Assembly (NCBI GenBank): GCA_009103225.1
Contig: RHPI01000260.1
Coordinates: 320,203 to 384,202, forward strand
Source: Chlorokybus atmophyticus
Lineage: Eukaryota > Plantae > Mesostigma and Chlorokybus algae
Direction: 5' to 3'
Length of the DNA stretch: 64,000 nt
The notes under the pieces were generated by a model, which worked only from the letters and a program-made list of their open reading frames with translations, was not told the origin of the DNA and ran no database searches. Positions 49,190 through 59,394 of the stretch are shown one piece after another (the stretch's first letter is position 1; every line of letters begins with the position of its first letter). The translations under genes and the position numbers were made by a program.

Positions 49190-52100
49190 AATTACATGTC
49201 AATATGTTCACCATTGACACATTATTAAAAGTTGTATTAACATTGCTACGTACAAGTCTTGGTTTCGCGGCGCACTTAAAGTCATGCTCCACTCGAGACT
49301 CACGCCTCCAGACCCAATGCCCATCGGCTGGGCTTGCTGTTGCAGTAGCCATGCCTGCACACATGTGCACACGATCTATGCACTTGACGCCTCTAGTCAC
49401 AACGTTCAACAACTTTAACAAAAACAATTATCCTGCAGCAGCATTCGTGTTGCAACCAAGTGCAGATCAACACTCACCTATTGGGTATGTCCCCCGGATA
49501 CCCCCGATATATGTGCCTAGCCACCCTCCCTGCAGGACAAAGGTGCTCACACCATGATGCCGCAAAATGTATCACGAAAGCACAAAGTTCACCCTCACAT
49601 CACCCTACCTGCCCTGAGCAGCATGATCTTGCCCATCGCATCAGCCCCAATGGCCTTCTCAAACCCTTTCTCCACTCCTTGCGGCATGCGCCAGGCATTG
49701 CCCTCCGACAACACGCTCACCTCCTCATCACTGTCATCACTCACAATGCGGCCGAGAAGGACGAGCTGAATCTTGTCGGCGTGAAGTGGTACCTGATGCA
49801 CAAGCAAGGTATTAAGCACTACTTCTGTGTATGCTGTGTATGTACTGGCTTGCTAGCTTACCGCGTGAGGGGGGTGCTGGAGGATGCCCACCAACTTGTC
49901 AAACACCAAGCCGCCGCGGGTGGGGCACATCGCCATCAGCCGACCCGCGAACGCCCAAATATCATCTATTACCCACCACCACCACACATCATCCGTTACT
50001 GACCTGACCGACACCATCACACACCCAACAGCTTCTCACCGCTGTAGACAGCGAGGGAGGCTTGGTGTGTGACCTGCCGCTCCCTAATCTTGGCCTCCTC
50101 CCGCAGCTTCTCCTCCTCTTGCAGCACATCATGGGCTATCTGCAGGGTACCCAAGGGGTCAAGCACCCCGCTCAGCTCCTTGTTGTGCTGCTGCTGTGGG
50201 TTGCTGTTGCTGGCACTGGCATTGGTACTGGCACCGTTGTTGACCTCCTCCAGCGCTTCATTCATAATGCCGTTGGTAAAGTACCGAAGGCTGTGCACCA
50301 AAAGGGCCTTTCTGCGCACTGTGTCGCCCTCCAAATCTGCACAGAGCGTGCCTGAGTGCGTGCATGCATGTGAATGTGCACAAGCTTGACTTCAATGTTT
50401 TAGTCAAAAGTTGTTCGGGGGATGAGGGTGATGAAACTAAGAGGGTCACCTGGGAAAGAGAAGGCCCTGGCGAGGTAAGCATCATGCCCAAGCTCCCACA
50501 GCTCCTTGATCTTGGCCTCCACCACAGCGTCAGTATGCTCGGGTTGCAGCTGGACGCGGGCGCTACTATCATCAGATGACTTGCCTGAGGACAAAACAGT
50601 CGCTTATTCAGGATGCACGACGACCATATGCGTGATGCCGTCAACACCAATTGATGGATACAATGATCCCACAATAACCTAATGAAAGGGACTCCAGCTC
50701 CGGGCACTTGGCTTCTTTCTTGGTCTTGCCAACCTATTGCAAACGTTTCGGAAAATGTTGTCAAAGCCTTGCGTGCAAGCAGACCCATTGTTGGCTTCAG
50801 ATTTTCTGCCCCTACCTTGAACCAGGCCCAGTCAGCAAAGGCCTTGTCCTTGGCCTTGCTTGCCCCCTTGCTCTTGACAACCTTGCCATCGCTGTCTGCG
50901 GCTGTCTCCCTGCCAAGCACAGCCTGAGGCATCTCACAGTTGCCGTACAGAAGTACCCGGATGTGCTCCCACATAATCTGCCTTGACGCCCCCGTAAATT
51001 GCTGGCAGGGGTGGGGAGGGGACACACACACACACACACAGGCATGTGAGTGGACACAGCCCGAGAGCCTCTGATAGTTGTGTAAAACGGCTTTGCAGTA
51101 TACTCACTCTGGACAGTCGGCGACGGATGGACTCTTCCAGCATCAGCAGTGCAAACTTCTCATCCTTATCACGTACGCCCTCACCACTCTCATCCTTGGT
51201 GGTGGCGTACCACCCGGCCGCAGTAGAGAGAACGGGCACGGCAGCCCGCGTGCGTCCTGCTGCGGATGCCACAAATGCATCAACCAAGTCGACAGCCTGC
51301 TGCTGCTGCACCTGCTTGTCCACAGCCTCCTGCTGCTCAGACGCACGGATGCGCGTGAGGATGCGGCGAGAGCGGGGAAGGAGGGCAGTGCATAGCCTTG
51401 TGTATTCCTGCACGTGCTATGTTGTGAGTAACTCTGTGTGCGCGTGCGGGTTTGTGCACAGTGCTTGCTGTTGTTGACTCACCCTCAGGATAAGGAGGGC
51501 ACGTTGACTGGGGGATTGCGCAGGAGCGGCGTTGACTGGTACGCGAAGGTGTGCGTGCATCTGGCCAAGGATTGAGTATAGACCCAAGAGCTGGTAGAGA
51601 CGGAAAGACAGCAACAAGTTAGTTGCTGAAAGAGAACTAGTAGCAGTTGGCGTGCACAGTGTCTGTATCTGAGGTCATTGAGGTGCGTGTAACTATCTGA
51701 CATATTGGGGGGGGGAGGGGGCATTACCTGTGCATCTTGGTAGCCAAGGGGGTCGAGCGTGAACAGGTAGCCGAGGCTGCTCTCAAGCCAAACGTCTGCC
51801 ATCTGCACATTGTGGCGAACGAGACACGCCTTTGATCAGCTTGAACTTGATAACCAACGTTGCAACGATCATACCAACAATGACAACAGTGAATGAATAC
51901 CTCATAGTGCGCGGGGCATACGAACAGCGGCAGCCATGCATCTATAGGCTCGCGCGCGCGCCCGACAAGCGCATTCGGCACAGAGGCCTCATTGCTGTAG
52001 TCATCATCATCATCGTCATCATCCGCACCAAAGTCGGTCCGATCGGCATTGAAACTGCTACCACCATCCCGTTTGCTGCGTGTGAAACCTGCATGCGTGC

Positions 52101-52626
52101 TGGCGTGGCCAGCGAGGGACAGTTTGTATCGCGTGGCGAGTTCAAAGGTCTTGCGCGAGAGGAGTGTCGGGGTGAAGTCCTCCACGCGGAGCTCCGTGGG
52201 TGCGTCAACAACGTGCTCGCCCCTGCCCTCGCCCACGCGTATGCCCACACCAAGGACGTCCCCGTCCTCCACGCACTCGCGCGCGCTCATGCCCGACACG
52301 TCGCACACGAAGTCCCCGCATTGCGAGAAGGAGTCCTCTTCCTGTGCCGCACGGGCCTTTGCGGCCTCCACACGCTGCTCGAGGGTGTCTCCGGCAAGGC
52401 GGCGGGCATTGCGGGTCACACGCACGTCCATCGCCCTCGCACGCCTCGCCTTGGAGAACACCGCAGCGTAGCGAAGGTCAGCGGAGACTGCCGCTGCTGC
52501 TGCCGACCCCCTCGACAACTCTGCCCTCATCCTGGTACACACACATACAGACGTGAGTATGTGTGCGTGTGCATGTTTGCATGTGTGCGTATGTGTGCGC
52601 ACACACCTACGCACACGCAAACACCA

Positions 52627-52657
<31 letters not shown>

Positions 52658-54516
52658 AACTACGACGATGGCGATACAAGTACGTACTTGTGGAGGGCAT
52701 TGAGTTGGGCTTGGGTGGTGCTACGTGCTTCTGCGAGGTCCTCGCGCTCGGCTTTAGGCGCCTTGAAAACATTGATTGCGCTCAGCCTCGCTTGCAGCCT
52801 CTCAAGCTCCTCCTCATCCAAGTCCTGTGCAAAGTAAAGCATGCATTACCACTTGCAGCGTGCGCAAGTGTAACACTTAACGCGTGTGCACGTGCGAGCA
52901 CACTTGCTTACCGGTTTCTGAGCCTCGTGCTCGATGCGCTTGATGCGGAAGAAGCCATCAGCTCGGTTCACATGCACGGGCATAGTGATTGTGTGTGTCT
53001 CCGCCTCACTGTTGTTAGCGACTTCGCCCGCTGTTGCATCCTTCTTGTTGCTGTCTGCAGCAACGGGTACACGTAGAGTGATGCGGCTGGGCACCACACC
53101 CGCAGGCAGCCACACCTAAAGGTCGAGTACAGGTTTGTGTGTTGGCATTGTGTCACAACCCAACATACATCCCACAAGGAGTCAACTTTGTTTCTTACCT
53201 CAAGCCATCCCTTCTGGCCAGGAGGAACATGCACATCCGCATGCACCCACGCCCGATTGTTGGCCTCGCCACCAACAAGCTCACCATCAGTTTCCAACCT
53301 ATACGCAATAGGGAAGGCGCCGCCCGCAGAGACGAGGTCAAACACCTCCCCAAACTTGTCTTCAAGGGAGGCATACTCGGGGTCAGCATAGCGATAGAAG
53401 CCCTCTGTTGTGCCGATACGGCGAAGATCCTCGAGAAATTGCAAGTTGTGGTATGCACTGAAGCCAATTGTGTGCACGACGGTCTCGGCATGGAGTGTGG
53501 GGTTTGTTAATGCCTCATGGAGGGCACGCGTGGCCGCGGGCACGTCCTGGCTGCTAGTGTCGCAGCCATCGGTCATGAACGTGATGGCGAACTTGTCCAC
53601 GTTGGTGGTGTTGGCAGTGCGGTAGTTGGTGATGATTATCTGGATGGCCTCGAAGGCTGCGGGGAAGCTAGTCATCCCACCGTCGAAGTTCTCACACACC
53701 TCCTCGGCGGTGCGCTCGATTGCGTGCGTGCTGTAAGTCACGAAGTGCACCCGCTGCCCCACCGCCGTGCTAATGTTGTTGCATGCAACACAACTCGAAG
53801 TGAGTCACAAGTGACTCACTGCATGCCTGCACATGCATGCATTGCAAGCAACTGAGCACTTGGCCTGGTATGGTTGAGGCATGTGCATGTCAGTGTGCAT
53901 ACGGCTGTGCACGAGTGCATTCGCATACACACATGCATGTGGATTGTGCACCTGGCCTGGCATTTATGTAACTGATACTCACTTGGCAGCGATGTAGCGG
54001 ACGGCGCTCTGGATCTGCGCCCAGGCGTTGCCACTCATGGAACCGCTCTCGTCCAGCACATAGATCTGCGTTGTTGCAGCGTCAGTGTTGTAGCCGTTGC
54101 TGTTGTTCAAACTGAATGGAACGGTGCATTGCTTCAATGTCTGTGCGTTGGTGCATTGGCTGTCCAATCAGGCTAAGCTGATGCACCAGTGCTTGTCTTC
54201 ACAAACACTCAATGCCAGTGCCTTTTTTCGATACTGCTAGGAACAATGCCATACGCATGCATGTTCCACAAACTGGCTGACACAGTTACTCTCAAATTTC
54301 AAGCCCACACTGTCGAAGCCACACACAACTTCGCTGCCCAAACACGCAAGCATGCACGCCACATTGCACCTGCACTGTGCGGTCGTCGCCAAGCAAAGAA
54401 GGTCGCACGACCGGAGCCCTGAGCAGGCCCTTTTCCTGATTTATGGAGGTATCGTCCCTGCAGAACGTCGCCACGTCCTCCACTTCCATTTCCACCGCCG
54501 CCGCCGCCATCGCCAT
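49190..54516 (-). CDS. Large multi-exon von Willebrand factor A (VWA) domain protein of unknown function
   Basis: MIDAS motif YVLDESGSMSG (~54010-54060), GGMTSFPAAF, FMTDGCD, VHTIGFS. Long downstream exons include DGDVLGVGIRV..VVDAP, REPIDAWLPLFV and LGYLFTLDPLGY. ATG at 54516; 3' end uncertain. Confidence 0.7.
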
Positions 54517-55589
54517 GGCGGACACAATCCGCAGCCTGTCGCTCATGCGTACAGGCACAGCCAGCAGCTTTTATGTCATTTATCTCTGACGTGCACTCTG
54601 ACGTGGCGTGTATGTGGAGTGATGCGATTGGTTCAAAAATGGCAGTTGAGCTAGCGGTGGCCTTAGTAAGGCTCTTAGTTAGGTGTCGGCGCAATAGCGG
54701 TGACAACGACAGTCGACGGACGGCGTTGACGATCCTTAAAGGAGGACATCCACGGCATGGCTTTGTGCCATGCATTGTGCTAGCAAAGCTTCATGAAGTC
54801 TGCCTTGGAAAATTTCAACACGCTTATCAACATGGCGCCCGCAGCCCGTGCCAGTACTTCGCCAACCGTTTGTGCCAGTACCGGCACCTGCTTATCAGGT
54901 TTTAACTCAAGACCGCCTAAAACTGGCACGAGATCGCTTGTGTGCCAGTACCGGCCGGAGTCGGAACCCTTCCGTCTACGGAGACGACCCGCGGAGACAC
55001 CGGACGGCCGGCGCGCGACCGGAACCCCGCCGCGCGGCCGGCGCCCCGCCGGCCCCGCGCGTCTCCGGTTAACCGAGGCGTCGGCGGTCGACGCGCACGC
55101 GCCGACGCTGACGCCATTAAACGTCGGCGGCCACGCCCGTTGCAATGTGGTCTGGGCGGGCGGGAAGGCGGCGAGCTCCTTGCCGCCTCCGCCCGGCAAG
55201 CAGCGGAGAGAGGGCGGCGGAGGGCAGGGTGGTGTGGGCGAAGCGGAGAGGGCAGGGTGGCGTGGGCGAACCGGAAGGTGGCGAGCTTTTCGCCGCCTGC
55301 TCCCTGCAGGCAGCGGAGAGACGGCTGCGCTGGGCAGGGTGGTGTGGGCCGGCGAGAGAGGGATGGGTGACTGGCGGTGAGTGGGGCGCGAGCGAAGCAG
55401 CTGCTTTGTCGTTTGTAGGTTAGGTTTTCATAAGTGTTCAATCGTTGGCTTGTTAGCAGTCGCTGCAGTTGCAGGGGGTGTTCTGTGCCTAGGGTTGTTT
55501 TATTTAATGAATGGCTTACAAGACTGCAAGAGTGTGTATTCTGACATTTGCAGGGTTGTTGTGTGTGTATACACGCACGCATACACGCA

Positions 55590-56120
55590 CATTACATGTA
55601 GCAACTGTAAGAGTGTGACTGGCGAACAATTGCAGTGTTTGTTTTAAGTGTATGCGTGCACACGCATGCAAGCGTACACACACACTATATGCACGCAGCA
55701 GCTGTACCAGTGTATGCGTGTGTACTTGACTGCGCACGCACACTGCATGCAGCAACTGTAAGAGTGTGTGACTGGGGAACAATTGCAGTGTTTGTTATAA
55801 GTGTAGGCGTGCACAAGCATGCGTACACTCACACACAATGCACGCAGCAGCCATTACATGTAGCAACTGTAAGAGTGTGACTGGCGAACAATTGCAGTGT
55901 TTGTTTTAAGTGTATGCGTGCACACGCATGCAAGCGTACACACTCACTATATGCACGCAGCAGCTGTACCAGTGTATGCGTGTGTACTTGACTGCGCACG
56001 CACACTGCATGCAGCAACTGTAAGAGTGTGTGACTGGGGAACAATTGCAGTGTTTGTTATAGGTGTAGGCGTGCACAAGCATGCATGCGTACACTCACAC
56101 ACACAATGCACGCAGCAGCT
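55590..56120. repeat. Tandem repeat with 262-bp period and internal subrepeats, plus degenerate flanking copies (~55500-56330)
   Basis: CATTACATGTAGCAACTGTAAGAGTGTG at 55590 and 55852; internal repeat GCAACTGTAAGAGTGTG(TG)ACTGG..ACAATTGCAGTGTTTGTT. Confidence 0.92.
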
Positions 56121-56637
56121 GAACGGGTGTACTCGTGTGTACTTGACTTGCACTTGACTGGCAATAGTTGCAGGGTTTGTTGTATGTGTAGGCACATGCT
56201 TGTTATGTTTAAGTCTAGGCGTGCACATGCACGCGCACACATACGCACTGTGCACGCAGCAGCTGTACAAGTCTAAGTGTGTACATGACGGGCGACAGTT
56301 GTAGTGCTCAGTTGTATTGGTTAGCTAAGTTGTTTGAAAAAGAATTGGCCCTGGGTGGTCAGCCTTGCAGTCATAGTGTAGGTGGTAGCTGAGTAACTAG
56401 ATTAGTAAAGCCCCGTGGTAAGTAGTACTTGCTGCTGTTGGCATGCTGTGCGCTCATTACTTGAATGTAACATGCATGGACATACGCACCTCATTTCATG
56501 TACATTGTGGCACATGTATCTACACAGCCAGCCAGCACCAATTCCCGCCCACTTCACTTACAGGTACACTACCTAGACTTCAAGCATGGCTATCAATGTG
56601 CTTATGTATACACACATGTACATGCTCAACTCTTAAC

Positions 56638-58310
56638 TCAATCAAGGCATGCCTCCTCTGCTCCTGCATCGTCATTCAAAGCTTTACGCTTGCCGGAGCG
56701 TTGCGCGCGCAGCTGATCACAAAGCTGTGTGATCGTCATTGCTTTTCCTCGACGGTGTTGTGCGGGGTCATTTCTATGAGCATCAAGTCGCATTGCTGCA
56801 TCCTCTTCAGATATGCGAAAGTCTTTGGCCGTCCTCATTACATGCTGATAGATGATGTTGCGCTTGTCAAAAAGCTTCGCCATGGCGCGGTCTCCTTGCC
56901 GCCAGGCTGTCTTATGCAATTGCATAAGCTCGCTGGTCCACCATCCAAGCCGGATGTGTATTTGGTCCAGATGTCCACTACAGTCGACAACTCCTTCTGC
57001 AACTGATATTTTTGCGGAATGCCGCGTGCGTTCGACTTAGATTGAGGGAGTGGTTGCGATGTCGATGCACGATGTGTATCTCTGGCAGGTGCTGCGGAGC
57101 GTACGTTATTGCCTGCTGAGCTGTCCGCTCCAAAGTGCACTCCCTGTTGTGCAAATCCTTCACGCATGAAGCGCTCCATGCGAGTGAGTCTCACATCCAC
57201 AGACGCCTCAAAAGCAATCAGCATCTGCTGCTGCGCTGTCACGTGGTCCATCACCATTTGCAGTAGCCGCTCTTGCTGTCGCATGATGACGGCAATCTGC
57301 ACAACAGTCAATATTAACATGTATTTAATTATACAGGCTGTATATTGAAATGAGTTTAACACATTACATTACATGCTCAAAATAACATACCCGCTCAGGC
57401 AGTGTGTCGTACTGTGCGTTTGGCGCAGCCATTGACTGATCGTGAGCAACACATACTTGTGCGGCCCAAGCCTCAAACTCAGGAGTCTGGAACATAGGGT
57501 GTGCACATACGCTCAGAGCGGCGAATCCGCACTGCTGCACATCGCCCCGCGTCAACGTTATGTCACGGCGTAGCACAGCTACATCCTGAGTGATCAATAC
57601 AACAAGTTATGCATTGTTCACATATGGGCATTGAAAGTTTGCATTACCCCATAACGTCAAGCATGTTTCTGACCTGAGCAATGACGTCACACATGTAATC
57701 GAGGAACTCGCAGTGCTTGTAAGCGGCATAATCGGTCTGACCAGACGCTCGCTCTCTCTGGCAATACACGCTTGTTATTAAACAATTGAATAAATAATAA
57801 TACTACATACACAAACAAACACATCATGTCTGCTCATACCGCGCGTATCGCCTCCATAGCCTCATCAAGCCATGGGAAAATCTCACGCCGTAGTGTATGC
57901 GGTAGTGAAAATCGAGAGCGCGCCAGAATGTATTTCGATGACAGTTGCTCACCACCGTGCCCGGCTATCACAGCGCAAGTAGCCACGTCCAACTTAATGG
58001 CGTACGACAATGAAAAGTGCTCATTGTTTCATCTTCCATTCTGCTTAATCCCTTGCTCTGTAGCGCTGCATAGCATAAGTATATAAGTTTACGTGCTAGC
58101 AGCCATTCACCATTGAAGCAACAACACATGTAAGACTTACCCTGCATTCATAGCTTGCTGCGATTGCTCCTTTCGCGAAGCATGTACCTTCTGCCTCCCG
58201 CGCACAATGTCGCACTCTTTAAACGCCTCACAAGCGTTAACGTACTGCTGCTTGTATAACAGGTGCTTGCTGGGGTCTTCTCCTGGAAACAGTGGTTCTG
58301 CATACCTGTT
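56638..58310 (-). mobile_element. Crypton-like (CryptonF-type) tyrosine-recombinase element relic: NDC10-II/YR domain plus C-terminal GCR1_C-like domain, spliced, 5'-truncated
   Basis: KVHASRK (HxxR), GR*NNEHFSLSY (W>stop at 58029-58031), YILARS..REIFPWLDE, CAHPMFQTPEFEAWA, LSTVVDIWTKYTSGLDGGPA / ELMQLHKTAWR..KLFDKRNII with a frameshift at ~56931. Confidence 0.75.
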
Positions 58311-58446
58311 GAAATGATCACAAGTGTGTTGACTCAATCATATACGTTGCATCTATAACTCAGTCATATACGTTGCATTTATCATGAGTTATAGCTATAA
58401 CTCACGAGCAGCAGTGACAGACTTTACACACTAACCAAGCTGCTCG

Positions 58447-59336
58447 TGTTGAGAAGTCTGGCGGTGGGCGCTCCTGCAAGTGATACTTATGGAAGAGGTG
58501 CATCACCATTGCGTTCTGCCATGTCATGCCATCTACCCTCGCATGCCAGTTCTTCTCAAGCATGCCTACACCCAGCCCCACGCCCGGGCTACCAGCATGA
58601 AGACCGCGCGAGCCCCAGCCTACTGCTAGCTACTGTATCACTCATGTAGCATGTAGCTAGGGCTACTCAATAGACCTGTCTGTAGGGACCGCGCGTAGCT
58701 GATCAGTTGCAAGTCTGTTAGGAACACATGTGCTATATCAAGTCTTAGGAGATTTCCGAAATAGCATGAGGCCTCGATGTGACCGTTGGCCTAGTGCCCG
58801 CGTGGCACTGCACAGTCATGATTTGACATGTATAAGTAGGAAGTCACGTCACCAGACTGGCTGGTGACACTGTAAGTGAGTACTGTGAGTACTGTGAGTA
58901 CTAGGAGTACTAAGAAGTAAAGACTCTGTTTCTAAAGAGCTTGTGAAACGACTTGAACTGGAAGCACGCTGCCCCGGTTGCCAAGAATTCCCTTACTGCG
59001 TGAGACACGGTGCATGCTCTTGTGCGCTGTGCCTGCCATTGCTGTGAGCTTGACGGTGGTGTGTTGTTTCAGTAGTCAGGGTGTTGTATCCACGTGTTGC
59101 ACACTCATTCACCTCACTTAACAGTGTATCATTCTATCCACTCATGCAAAGAACTGTGTCCACAGCACTACCTATCGTAGTGGCTTATTGACTTACAGTG
59201 TCACCCTCTTTGCACAAGTGAGTGTGTTGCAATCTGCATCAGATAGTTCAGTCTGCACCCAGGGATACATCGCTGGGCATTCGTTATCATTGTCATCACA
59301 TAGTGCGCACAAGCACTAGTGTGTTGGGTGGTAACA
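58447..59336 (+). repeat. Candidate 5' LTR of the second retroelement (start 58447 or 58716)
   Basis: TGTT..AACA ends, non-coding, ending ~60 bp before the gag ATG; no second LTR in the window to confirm. Confidence 0.3.
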
Positions 59337-59394
59337 GCATCAGGATAGACGGTAGAGCACAAGCACTCTACCCTTTCACCTCTGGACCAGCTGT

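Noticed and set aside
51832-52629. 265-aa plus-strand ORF
   Set aside because: Antisense shadow of a VWA-gene exon (51724-52620, minus).
54780-55582. Arg/Pro/Gly-rich ORFs in all frames
   Set aside because: Expected from very high GC content; no recognisable domain.
55590-56120. CRISPR-like array
   Set aside because: Eukaryotic context, no unique spacers (the intervening sequence is repeated too) and no cas genes.
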